A DNA stretch of 32,000 bases from Candidatus Minimicrobia sp. QA0096 (GCF_963967315.1 NZ_OZ017288.1:150001-182000), one strand, 5' to 3'; counted from the stretch's first letter, positions 15,374-23,669 are shown. Program-made: numbers and translations. The notes: generated by a model not told the origin, from the letters alone.

Positions 15374-16849
15374 TTATTTTCTCTTAAACAAACGACGCTT
15401 CTTACTCTTCTTTTTGTCGCTATCAAGCAGCTCGTCTGGGTCAAAGTCATCATATGTAACCATCAGCGCACGCGAGTTGACTTGTCGCAGAGTTTCAAGG
15501 GCAACAGATACGATGATCAAGATTCCAGTACCGCCTATTGACAAACGCAAACCTTGCAAGCCTGTCAAATTGTACGTGAGATATTCCGCAACGAATGGTA
15601 AAATAGCCACGACTCCTAGGACAATTGAGCCGAACAAAATCAAGCGATTGACAGTTCTCATAAGATACGTTTCAGTCTGAGCGCCCGGACGCACGCCTTC
15701 AATAAATCCGCCCTGCTTCTGCAGATTTTCGGCAATTTCATTAGCGTTAAAGACGATTCCAGTGTAGAAATACGTAAAGGCGATAACCAAGATAAAATAC
15801 AACGTTGGGTAGATAAATGCTTCTGCGGTACTGCCGGTGAATGAGCCGGCGTTTGGAGCTTGGAACCAAGTGATCAATTTGTTGGCGGTCGGTAGAAGAT
15901 TAGCGTTACCAGACGCCTTCATAACTTGACCAACAAATTGCGGCAAGCTTAGGAATGCAACCGCGAAGATGACCGGAATAACTCCCGCTGCAATCAATTT
16001 AACTGGCAAAATGCTTTTTACATCGCCGTAATTACTGTTTCCGTGAACTCGCTTTGCGTAGTTAATCGTAATGACACGCTGAGCTTCGTTGATTTTAACT
16101 AGGAAGTAAAGGACGATGAGTCCGGCGATTGACATGATTAATATCGTCCAGAACATAACTGGGTTTACAGGAAGAGTGAACCAGTTAAAGACATTTAGAC
16201 TGCCAGATGAAGTATTGAACAGTGAGGAGATTAATGACGCGAGCATTTGTGGCAATTGGCTGATGATACCAGCGAAGATTACGATAGAAATACCGTTGCC
16301 GATTCCTTGCTCAGTAATCAACTCACCGAGCCACATCAGAAGGACAGAGCCTGCTGTCATTGAAGTGATTGAAACGATCCATTCCATCATCGTAGGGTCG
16401 GCCAATGTTGTACTACCGCCTTGAAGAACTGTTTGTCTCAAGATGAAGATGAAAGCGATTGACTGGACAATAGCGAGCGGCACGGTAATAACACGTGTCC
16501 ATTGTTGAATTTTTCGACGTCCAGATTCACCATCTTTATGTAGTTCCTCAAGCCTTGGAATGGCTTTGGTAAGAAGCTGAATAATAATACTAGCGGTAAT
16601 AAATGGACTAAGTCCAACCAACACCAGAGAGAAGCTCGACAACGCGCCACCAGACAGCAAGTTCAAGATACCACCAAGGTCAGATTGCCCAAGTACCGAC
16701 GAAATCGCGTTACGTAGTTGCGTTGGTTCCGCCAATGGCACTGGAATGTGCGCTAATAATCGATAAACAACGATTATTCCCACGACAATAAATAGTCGTT
16801 TTTGCATATCTTTATTTTTCAGCGAGCGAAAAATTATTCTCCAATTCAT
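15374..16849 (-). CDS. secY: preprotein translocase subunit SecY (491 aa, basic C-terminal tail)
   Basis: It is a 10-TM protein with SecY-like segments (LGELITEQGIGNGISIVIFAGI). GAGGGG is the SD. The C-terminus is DSDKKKSKKRRLFKRK. Confidence 0.95.
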   Translation of the reverse strand: MNWRIIFRSLKNKDMQKRLFIVVGIIVVYRLLAHIPVPLAEPTQLRNAISSVLGQSDLGGILNLLSGGALSSFSLVLVGLSPFITASIIIQLLTKAIPRLEELHKDGESGRRKIQQWTRVITVPLAIVQSIAFIFILRQTVLQGGSTTLADPTMMEWIVSITSMTAGSVLLMWLGELITEQGIGNGISIVIFAGIISQLPQMLASLISSLFNTSSGSLNVFNWFTLPVNPVMFWTILIMSIAGLIVLYFLVKINEAQRVITINYAKRVHGNSNYGDVKSILPVKLIAAGVIPVIFAVAFLSLPQFVGQVMKASGNANLLPTANKLITWFQAPNAGSFTGSTAEAFIYPTLYFILVIAFTYFYTGIVFNANEIAENLQKQGGFIEGVRPGAQTETYLMRTVNRLILFGSIVLGVVAILPFVAEYLTYNLTGLQGLRLSIGGTGILIIVSVALETLRQVNSRALMVTYDDFDPDELLDSDKKKSKKRRLFKRK

Positions 16850-16891
16850 GTTTTAGCCCCTCATAGTCACTAACAATTCTTAACTCTGTTA

Positions 16892-16920
16892 ATTATACAT
16901 TACCTCTGCCGATATTTCCA
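16892..16920 (-). promoter_or_regulatory. candidate promoter for secY
   Basis: On the minus strand, TGGAAA is followed by 17 nt and then TATAAT. It lies about 42 nt upstream of the secY ATG and downstream of the rplO terminator. Confidence 0.4.
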
Positions 16921-16968
16921 TACTAAAAAACATAAAAGCGTATGCTCTATAGATGAAACCGCGATTTT

Positions 16969-17006
16969 AGAACAAAAGAAAATCCCCTTCTCTTTCGAAG
17001 GGGATT
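16969..17006 (-). terminator. intrinsic terminator downstream of rplO
   Basis: AATCCCCTTC (16981-16990) pairs with GAAGGGGATT (16997-17006). This is a 10-bp perfect stem with a 6-nt loop, followed on the minus strand by TTTCTTTTGTTCT. Confidence 0.65.
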
Positions 17007-17024
17007 TATTATTATCGAGAAAAA

Positions 17025-17498
17025 TTATTTCTCTTCAGCTTCTTTCATGCTTTGGCGCAAAGGCGTAGCTACTTTCTCGAATGAGCCACCAGCTTTTTCG
17101 ATGGCAGCAACAACTGAAGCTGAGGCAGCTTGTACTTTCAAGTCAACCTTAGCCTTCAATTCACCACGAGCAATCACCTTAACCGTGTGGAAAGGAGTTG
17201 CAATGTAGCCTTCAGTGAACAACAAAGCATTGTCAACGGTCTTGCCGTCAAATGCGTTCAAATGATCCATGTACACAACTTGAGCTGGAGTTCGCAAGCT
17301 CTTGAATCCGCGAGCCTTTGGCACAGCTTGAGCTAATGGACGCTGACCACCTTGGAACATTACGCGAAGCTTCTTACCCGTTCGGGCATTCTGACCTTTA
17401 GTACCGCGACCAGCAGTCTTACCTTGACCAGCAGCAATACCGCGACCAACACGTTTTTTATTCTTGTTTGCTGAAACTTGGAGATCATTGTACTTCAT
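17025..17498 (-). CDS. rplO: 50S ribosomal protein L15
   Basis: KRVGRGIAAGQGKTAGRGTKGQNAR is L15-like. The start codon overlaps the rpsE stop (TAATG). Confidence 0.95.
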   Translation of the reverse strand: MKYNDLQVSANKNKKRVGRGIAAGQGKTAGRGTKGQNARTGKKLRVMFQGGQRPLAQAVPKARGFKSLRTPAQVVYMDHLNAFDGKTVDNALLFTEGYIATPFHTVKVIARGELKAKVDLKVQAASASVVAAIEKAGGSFEKVATPLRQSMKEAEEK

Positions 17499-18088
17499 TA
17501 TTTAGCCTCCTTTTTGGCAACCTTTTTTACAGGCTGAGCGCTTAGCCATTGATCACGTGGAACTAATGATTTTAGAGCTTCAATAGTCGCGTAAGCAATG
17601 TTAACCTTGTTGGTTGAGCCAAGAGATTTGGTCAATAGGTTACGAACGCCCGTTACGCCGATAATTTGGCGAACTACACCACCAGCGATAATACCGGTAC
17701 CAGGAGCAGCTGGCTTGATCAATACGCGTGCGCCAGAGAATTTAACTTCGCTGTCGTGTGGAATTGTCTCACCGTTTAGCGGCAATGTAATTAGGTGCTT
17801 TTTAGCGACTGACGTAGCCTTAGCAACTGCAGCTTGAACATCTGCACCCTTGGCAACACCGACACCAACTTTATCTTTGCGGTTACCAACAACCACCAAA
17901 GCCTTAAATCGGAAGCGACGACCACCTTTAACCACGCGAGAAACGCGATCAATGTTGATTACCAATTCTTCAAATTCTTTTGGTGCGTCATCGCGCACAT
18001 TTCGCCGGTCATCGCGGCGACCACCACGTGGATTTCGAGGTCGACGACCTTCTGCACGTGGGGTAGTATTTGCAGCTTGCTCTGCCAT
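17498..18088 (-). CDS. rpsE: 30S ribosomal protein S5 with an Arg-rich N-terminal extension
   Basis: The S5 core is INIDRVSRVVKGGRRFRFKALVVVGN. I prefer the ATG at 18088 (MAEQAANTT...), directly after the rplR stop. The ORF-track start at 18121 overlaps rplR. Confidence 0.9.
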   Translation of the reverse strand: MAEQAANTTPRAEGRRPRNPRGGRRDDRRNVRDDAPKEFEELVINIDRVSRVVKGGRRFRFKALVVVGNRKDKVGVGVAKGADVQAAVAKATSVAKKHLITLPLNGETIPHDSEVKFSGARVLIKPAAPGTGIIAGGVVRQIIGVTGVRNLLTKSLGSTNKVNIAYATIEALKSLVPRDQWLSAQPVKKVAKKEAK

Positions 18089-18089
18089 A

Positions 18090-18440
18090 CTAGAACTCCA
18101 ATCCTTCTTGGCGCGCAGCATCAGCCAAAGCCTTTAGGCGGCCAGCGTATTGACGACCATTGCGATCAAACACTACTGCGCTAATCTTAATTTTCTTTGC
18201 TTTTTTAGCGATTTCAGTACCGATAGCGGCACTTTTTTCAGTCATCGTGCCAGTCGCTTTTGTGCCAACTGTAGTTGCTGCAGCCAATGTTTTACCAGCC
18301 ACATCGTCAATCAATTGCGCGCTAACGTGCAAATTGCTAATAGTAACTGTCAAGCGTGGGCGCTCTGCCGTACCTGAAACCTTAGCGCGAACGCGGTTTT
18401 TGCGAAGAGCGCGGTTGAGTAGCTTCTTATTTTCAGCCAT
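18090..18440 (-). CDS. rplR: 50S ribosomal protein L18
   Basis: RPRLTVTISNLHVSAQLIDD...FDRNGRQYAGRLKALADAARQEGLEF is L18-like. Confidence 0.95.
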   Translation of the reverse strand: MAENKKLLNRALRKNRVRAKVSGTAERPRLTVTISNLHVSAQLIDDVAGKTLAAATTVGTKATGTMTEKSAAIGTEIAKKAKKIKISAVVFDRNGRQYAGRLKALADAARQEGLEF

Positions 18441-18442
18441 GA

Positions 18443-18982
18443 TTACTTACCTGTCTTTCCTGCTTTACGCAAAATCTGCTCGTCGACGTACTTAATGCCC
18501 TTGCCCTTGTACGGTTCAGGCTTCTTCAAGGCGCGGATTTCCGCTGCAACTTGGCCGACTTGTTGTTTATTGATACCGTTAACAACGATAATCATTTTTT
18601 CGTTAGTAACAGTTACGCCTTCTGGGGCTTTGTATTTGACTGGATGTGAAAATCCAAGTGCCATTTCTAGCTCGTTGTTGCTTGAGCTAACACGGAAACC
18701 GACACCGTTAACCTCTAGGCGCTTTTCATAGCCTTTGGTCACGCCGATTACCATGTTGTTGATTAGCGCGCGCATCAGACCATGCTGACTACGGGCTACT
18801 TTAGACTCGTCCTTAGGATGTACCGTGACTTGTCCGTCTTCGACTTTCACCTCAACTGCTGGTGTGATGAATTGCTTCAATTCACCCTTTGGTCCTTTAA
18901 CGACCACATCACCAGAGTCAACCGTGATTGTCACACCGGCCGGAATAATCACCGGCAGTTTTCCGATTCGACTCAGACTCAT
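18443..18982 (-). CDS. rplF: 50S ribosomal protein L6
   Basis: MSLSRIGKLPVIIPAGVTI...GVGFRV...EPYKGKGIKY is L6-like. Confidence 0.95.
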   Translation of the reverse strand: MSLSRIGKLPVIIPAGVTITVDSGDVVVKGPKGELKQFITPAVEVKVEDGQVTVHPKDESKVARSQHGLMRALINNMVIGVTKGYEKRLEVNGVGFRVSSSNNELEMALGFSHPVKYKAPEGVTVTNEKMIIVVNGINKQQVGQVAAEIRALKKPEPYKGKGIKYVDEQILRKAGKTGK

Positions 18983-19018
18983 TACTCACCTTTCGTGTGA
19001 TTTGATATTAACTTCAGT

Positions 19019-19048
19019 ATTCTAACACAGACTAGGGGTAAAAAGCAA
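19019..19048 (-). promoter_or_regulatory. candidate promoter for the rplF-rplR-rpsE-rplO unit
   Basis: On the minus strand, TTGCTT is followed by 18 nt and then TGtTAGAAT. It lies about 37 nt upstream of the rplF ATG, which has the SD GGTGAG. Confidence 0.45.
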
Positions 19049-19079
19049 GGTTTTCAAGCTACGAAGAGCTAGTTAATAA

Positions 19080-19088
19080 TGATATAAT
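19080..19088 (+). promoter_or_regulatory. extended -10 (TGaTATAAT), 8 nt upstream of the ATG at 19097
   Basis: The sequence is TGATATAAT-tatactca-ATG, with no SD. Confidence 0.4.
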
Positions 19089-19096
19089 TATACTCA

Positions 19097-19744
19097 ATGA
19101 CAGCAACTATACTATTCGCCACCAGAAACTCAGGCAAGCGCGCAGAATTCGTTGCCGCGTTTCATAAATTCTCTCCGCAGACGTCAATTATTTCGTTGGC
19201 AGATTTGGACTATCAAATTCCTGACTGCATAGAAACAGGCACGACATTTGAACAAAACGCCCTATTGAAAGCGCGACACACAAGACATCATTTACACGGA
19301 AATGACAAAAACCTGATAATTATCGCCGATGATTCCGGCATGGAAATTGAAGCCCTAAATGGCGAGCCTGGCGTATTTACAAGACGCTGGGATGGTCATG
19401 AAATGAGTGATCAAGAAATCGTAGATTATTGCCTGAAGAAGCTTGAAGGTAAAACGAACAGACGAGCACAATACACGACGTGTCTTGTAGTAAACTTCTC
19501 TGATGGTCGTGAGAAAGTAATTTTTGGAAAAAATTCTGGTGTCATCTTAACCGAGCCACGAGAAAAATCTCGACTCAAAGGCATGCCGTTTCGGGAATTA
19601 TTTTTCGTACCTGAGCTTAATATGATGTTTCACGAAGTGCGCGAGCTGCCGAAATTGAAGCGCAATGGATATTCACTCGGGCATGAGGTTGCAGTCGAAA
19701 AATGTGCTAGTGTGATACAGGAAAATTTATCTGACTCTGTATAG
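19097..19744 (+). CDS. RdgB/Ham1-family dITP/XTP pyrophosphatase-like protein (copy 2)
   Basis: ILFATRNSGKRAEF, ETGTTFEQNALLKARH and IADDSGMEIEALNGEPGVFTRRW match RdgB motifs. The GFGYDPIF and SHRG motifs are divergent (GMPFRELFFVP; SLGHEVA). Confidence 0.75.
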   Translation: MTATILFATRNSGKRAEFVAAFHKFSPQTSIISLADLDYQIPDCIETGTTFEQNALLKARHTRHHLHGNDKNLIIIADDSGMEIEALNGEPGVFTRRWDGHEMSDQEIVDYCLKKLEGKTNRRAQYTTCLVVNFSDGREKVIFGKNSGVILTEPREKSRLKGMPFRELFFVPELNMMFHEVRELPKLKRNGYSLGHEVAVEKCASVIQENLSDSV

Positions 19745-20246
19745 CGGTCTGCAACTCTGCGCTTTCGCTTGCCCATGGAATGTGCTGTGTGAGTTCATCA
19801 ACTGTTACAAATTTAGCATACCGTATCTGTTCTTCCTGTATTTGCTCTTCGTCCTCGTTCTGTTGATGTAAGATATACTCATCGGAATTCTTATTAAGTT
19901 TCAGACTAACCCGAAGTTGTAAGTACTCGTCATCATTTTTTAAGTTATCTGTTTCCAAGATATCGTAATAACCAAAGAACTTATACTGACTAGACACGCT
20001 GTCTGTATTAATTCCCGTTTCTTCAGCTACTTCACGTACGATGGTTTGCAAGTACGTCTCGTGCTTATTTGGTTTTCCACCGGGCAGCTGCCACTTCCGA
20101 CCATCTTTAGAGACGATGGCTATTTTATTATCGTGAGTAAAAAGCCAAGCATATACCTGATTTACCGGAAGAGCCTGATCTTCTGGGCGGATTTTTTTAC
20201 CATCCTTCCAGGTGCGTGCTTTAATAGTTTTTCTTATGGCGTCCAT
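19707..20246 (-). CDS. NUDIX hydrolase (copy 2)
   Basis: The Nudix box is GGKPNKHETYLQTIVREVAEETGI. An SD (AGGAGA) precedes the ATG. The 3' end overlaps the convergent ITPase gene by 38 nt. Confidence 0.8.
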   Translation of the reverse strand: MDAIRKTIKARTWKDGKKIRPEDQALPVNQVYAWLFTHDNKIAIVSKDGRKWQLPGGKPNKHETYLQTIVREVAEETGINTDSVSSQYKFFGYYDILETDNLKNDDEYLQLRVSLKLNKNSDEYILHQQNEDEEQIQEEQIRYAKFVTVDELTQHIPWASESAELQTAIQSQINFPVSH

Positions 20247-20379
20247 GATATCTCCTAAATTTATTGCCCGAGCCAGTCTAATTTATTATACTTTATATCC
20301 CCGGGCGTCAGAAAGTGCCCTATGTTTTCTTTTATAGCACAGAGCGACACTGATAAAAAGCCACTCCGTCAAGTCTTTT

Positions 20380-21990
20380 TTATATTTTAATTTTCTCCGT
20401 TATCCCTATATTTTCGATAAAGTCTTGATCATGAGACACTATCACAACACCTCCTCTATACTGACCTAGCGCCAATTCCAAAGCTTCAATCGTAGGAATA
20501 TCAAGGTTATTCGTCGGCTCATCCAGGATGATAAGATCAGGAGAGTTCGTTGACATGGCAGCAAGTAAAACTTTAGCTCGTTCGCCACCGCTGAGGTCTA
20601 TTGCTTTTGTCGAAGAGATTGTTCGTTTATCCAGACCAAAACGAATTAATATATTTATCGCGTCGTGTAATTCAAGTTTTGGCGATAAATACCGCAAATT
20701 GTCCAAAGGTGAGTTGTCTTTAAGCGGCAATGATTGCGACTGATTCATATATATTATTTTTGCATTTTCGCCTTTTTTTATTTCTCCGCGATGATACTCG
20801 GGTGTATTATGTCCCATGATAAAGTTGAGGAGCGAAGATTTTCCTGAACCATTCTCTCCCTGGATCAATATTTTATCACCAGGACGCACATTAAAAGTAA
20901 CGGGTCCTATCATCTTCTCTCCATCATGTGAAATACTTAGCGATTGCACAGAAATAAGGCTATGCTTCTTAGACGATACTTCATCGAAAGCAAACTTAAT
21001 AGTAATTTCATCCTCCACTCTTTCAGGTTCATCCAATTGTCGCAGGCGAGACTCCACACCTCCAGCCGCCCCTGCAATATTTGAAGATGCGCGCTCTTTG
21101 CGAAAATTATCATTTAACTTATCACTATCCGATTTTTTGTGGCTAGCTTTGGCCGAATTCGCACGAATTCTCGCATCCCGCGCAACGCGGTATAGTCGCT
21201 TTTTCTCCTTTTCATATTGCTCATAGCGGTCGATTATTGCTTGACGAGCTTCACGTCTTGCTTCAATATATTCATCGTAACCAAGATTATACTTATTCAC
21301 ACCCTTGTCGCCAGTCAATTCTATGATCCGTTCTGCGGTGTTACGTAAGAAATGCCGATCATGAGACACGATCAAAAATGAAGCTGGCGAATTGTCAATA
21401 AAATCTTCAAGCAAGATTACTCCGCTGTCATCAAGGTTATTAGTTGGCTCATCAAGCAAAATTAGATCATAACGAGACGCAAAAACTGCCGCCAAAGCTA
21501 TCCGTGTGCGTTGTCCCCCAGAAAATGTATTCAGACGTCTATCCGGATCAATATCACCCAGAGCTGCCCGCGATAAAGCCTTTTTAATCGTCGTGTCAAA
21601 ATTTGCTACTTCGAATTTTTCATACCTCTCCAGAGCTTCGCCATAAGCTAATAGCGTCTTTTCACTAGCCTCTTGGGTTAATCTCTCGCACTGATAATCA
21701 AATTCTTCTCTAGTCGACTTAACACCAGTCACTTCTTCTATAAAATCATAAACTGTCTTATCGAGCCATTTATTCAGGTTTTGTGGTAAAATACCTATCT
21801 CTTCACCACTCGAAATAATATCACCTGATGTAGGCTGAATATCTCCGTTTATTATTTTTAATAAAGTAGTTTTTCCAGCACCATTTGGACCAACTAGTCC
21901 AATCTTGTCTCCGGCGTTAATAGCAAAGCTTACATCACTAAACAATTCTCGACTATTAGTTTCATAAGACACATCCTTAAGATCGATCAT
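20380..21990 (-). CDS. ABC-F family ATPase (two ABC domains, no TM domain; ribosome-associated translation factor or ribosome-protection type)
   Basis: Walker A motifs are GPNGAGKTT and GENGSGKSS, signature motifs are FSGGQRTR and LSGGERAK, and Walker B motifs are LILLDEPTNNLD and LIILDEPTNNLD. A roughly 80-aa charged interdomain linker (EARREARQAIIDRYEQYEKEKKRL...) is present. Confidence 0.85.
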   Translation of the reverse strand: MIDLKDVSYETNSRELFSDVSFAINAGDKIGLVGPNGAGKTTLLKIINGDIQPTSGDIISSGEEIGILPQNLNKWLDKTVYDFIEEVTGVKSTREEFDYQCERLTQEASEKTLLAYGEALERYEKFEVANFDTTIKKALSRAALGDIDPDRRLNTFSGGQRTRIALAAVFASRYDLILLDEPTNNLDDSGVILLEDFIDNSPASFLIVSHDRHFLRNTAERIIELTGDKGVNKYNLGYDEYIEARREARQAIIDRYEQYEKEKKRLYRVARDARIRANSAKASHKKSDSDKLNDNFRKERASSNIAGAAGGVESRLRQLDEPERVEDEITIKFAFDEVSSKKHSLISVQSLSISHDGEKMIGPVTFNVRPGDKILIQGENGSGKSSLLNFIMGHNTPEYHRGEIKKGENAKIIYMNQSQSLPLKDNSPLDNLRYLSPKLELHDAINILIRFGLDKRTISSTKAIDLSGGERAKVLLAAMSTNSPDLIILDEPTNNLDIPTIEALELALGQYRGGVVIVSHDQDFIENIGITEKIKI

Positions 21991-21996
21991 GTCACT

Positions 21997-22002
21997 ATTA
22001 TA
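21997..22002 (-). promoter_or_regulatory. -10 box (TATAAT), 6 nt upstream of the ABC-F ATG
   Basis: On the minus strand the sequence is TATAAT-agtgac-ATG, with no SD. Confidence 0.4.
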
Positions 22003-22021
22003 CTATCTCTGTACAGATAGA

Positions 22022-22055
22022 TATAAAAAATAAACGCCCTGCAATGAGGACGTTT
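22022..22055 (-). terminator. intrinsic terminator downstream of rpsH
   Basis: On the minus strand, AAACGUCCU-cauugc-AGGGCGUUU forms a 9-bp stem with one G.U pair, followed by AUUUUUUAUAU. The same hairpin has a C.A mismatch on the plus strand, which fits minus-strand function. Confidence 0.6.
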
Positions 22056-22073
22056 ATTTGATTTGCGTGAGGC

Positions 22074-22475
22074 TTAGTAAACCTTCAACAACAACTCACC
22101 ACCAAGTTTAGCCTTTGCTGCTTCGGCACCAGTCATGACGCCCTTTGATGTTGAGATAAGTACCAAACCGCGGCCGCTTTTTACCTTTGGAATCTCGCTA
22201 GCGCCGACGTAAACGCGACGACCAGGTTTTGAGATGCGGGTAATTTCGTTGATAGTGCTGTTAGTTCCTTTTTCATTGATAGTAACTACCAACACGCCAC
22301 GAGGTTTAGCATCTTCCAGTTTGACATCTGCCAAGTAGCCATTTTTGACTAATTGTTCAGCGATGACTTTCTTCATCTTGCTGGACGGAACACGAACTTC
22401 CGTCTTGCCAACCAATTTCGCATTGCGGATGCGAGTCAGAAGGTCGGCGATTGGGTCTGTAGTTTGCATAGACAT
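22074..22475 (-). CDS. rpsH: 30S ribosomal protein S8
   Basis: DPIADLLTRIRNA...ISTSKGVMT is S8-like. Confidence 0.95.
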   Translation of the reverse strand: MSMQTTDPIADLLTRIRNAKLVGKTEVRVPSSKMKKVIAEQLVKNGYLADVKLEDAKPRGVLVVTINEKGTNSTINEITRISKPGRRVYVGASEIPKVKSGRGLVLISTSKGVMTGAEAAKAKLGGELLLKVY

Positions 22476-22495
22476 ATTCTAATCTCCTTTCCTTC

Positions 22496-22765
22496 TTACC
22501 AACTACTCTTTGTTATGCCTGGGATTTCACCCTTGGCTGCTTTTTCGCGGAAATTGATACGGCTCAAGCCGAATTGACGCATGTAGCCGCGTGGGCGACC
22601 AGAAATGCTATCACGGTTCTTGTGCCTGGTTGGACTAGAATTGCGAGGCAATTTTTGCAAACCATCGAGGTCGCCAAGTTCTTTCAACTCAGCACGCTTC
22701 GCTGCAAACTTGGCAATCATCTTTATGCGCTTCTTATCACGAGCGACCATTGATTTCTTAGCCAT
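22496..22765 (-). CDS. rpsN: 30S ribosomal protein S14, long Cys-free form (89 aa)
   Basis: [13 protein letters not shown]...the C-terminus [11 protein letters not shown] is S14-like, and there is no CxxC zinc ribbon. Confidence 0.95.
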   Translation of the reverse strand: MAKKSMVARDKKRIKMIAKFAAKRAELKELGDLDGLQKLPRNSSPTRHKNRDSISGRPRGYMRQFGLSRINFREKAAKGEIPGITKSSW

Positions 22766-23349
22766 TACTTGACGCCTCCTTTCTTCTCAAACGGCATGCC
22801 GAATTTTTCTAGCAACGCCTTAGAAGCTTCCTTGTTGCCGTTCTTGATAACAAATGTAATCTGCAAACCGTGCAAAACCTGAGTTTCCTCGAATGTCAAT
22901 TCTGGGAAAATCGATTGCTCGGTGATGCCGAGATTATAATTGCCACCTTTATCAAACTTCAAGCCAACGCCGTGGAAGTCGCGAACACGAGGCAAAGCAA
23001 CGTTAATCAAACGATCCATAAACTCGTACATACGAGCGCCGCGCAAAGTTACACTAACACCAATTGGCGCGCCCATACCTTTACGAATGCTAAATGTCGC
23101 GATTGATTTTTTGGCTTGTCGAGCTACTGGTGCTTGACCTGTAATTTTCTCGACAGTGTTTTTGACAATTTCGAAATGACGCTTGTCATCTTTCTTTTTG
23201 CCGGTACCAACGCTCACGACAATCTTTTCCAAAGCTGGCACTTCATGCACGTTCTTTAGATTCAATTCGGCTTGTAGTTCCTTAAGGTAAGTTCCTTGAT
23301 ACAAGGCTTTCAAGCGAGGAGCTGGCACGACAGTTTTCTTTTCTGCCAT
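22765..23349 (-). CDS. rplE: 50S ribosomal protein L5
   Basis: [47 protein letters not shown] is L5-like. Confidence 0.95.
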   Translation of the reverse strand: MAEKKTVVPAPRLKALYQGTYLKELQAELNLKNVHEVPALEKIVVSVGTGKKKDDKRHFEIVKNTVEKITGQAPVARQAKKSIATFSIRKGMGAPIGVSVTLRGARMYEFMDRLINVALPRVRDFHGVGLKFDKGGNYNLGITEQSIFPELTFEETQVLHGLQITFVIKNGNKEASKALLEKFGMPFEKKGGVK

Positions 23350-23669
23350 TATTTAATCTCCTTATTTTTTGCTTGGCGAGCAACACGAGTTTTGCCGCCG
23401 TCAGCATTCTTTACTAAACCAACCCGACTGGTTTTGCCTGATTTCTCATCAACAACCAGAGCGACTTTACTGATATCCATTGGTACGTGAATATCTTTCT
23501 TGCCGCCTTTTGGATTGTACTGGCTTGGCTTAACGTGGCGATGTCCAACGCCGACACCTTCAACCAAAACAGTTTGGTCTTTTGTGTTAACTTTTAGAAC
23601 TTTACCAGTTGTGCCTTTATTTTTACCAGCAATAATTTTTACGGTATCGTCTTTATGAATTCGAGCCAT
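23349..23669 (-). CDS. rplX: 50S ribosomal protein L24
   Basis: The KOW motif is KDDTVKIIAGKNKGTTGKVLKV. Confidence 0.95.
   Translation of the reverse strand: MARIHKDDTVKIIAGKNKGTTGKVLKVNTKDQTVLVEGVGVGHRHVKPSQYNPKGGKKDIHVPMDISKVALVVDEKSGKTSRVGLVKNADGGKTRVARQAKNKEIK

Noticed and set aside
15075-15680. 201-aa plus-strand ORF spanning the 14747 gene, the terminator and the secY 3' end
   Set aside because: It is out of frame within one real gene and antisense to another, and it runs through a strong terminator hairpin. It is spurious.
18089-18121. N-terminal extension of rpsE (MLRAKKDWSSS) in the ORF track
   Set aside because: It overlaps the rplR 3' end, and the ATG at 18088 directly follows the rplR stop.
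17834-18495. Several 75-116-aa plus-strand ORFs antisense to rpsE, rplR and rplF. Similar cases lie at 28317-28742, 30131-30640, 11888-12256 and 13863-14231.
   Set aside because: These are typical antisense shadow ORFs inside highly expressed, codon-biased genes. They have no start signals and low-complexity products.
22008-22017. 10-bp palindrome TCTGTACAGA next to the ABC-F -10 box
   Set aside because: About 30 perfect 10-bp palindromes are expected by chance in 32 kb, and the flanking bases do not extend the symmetry.
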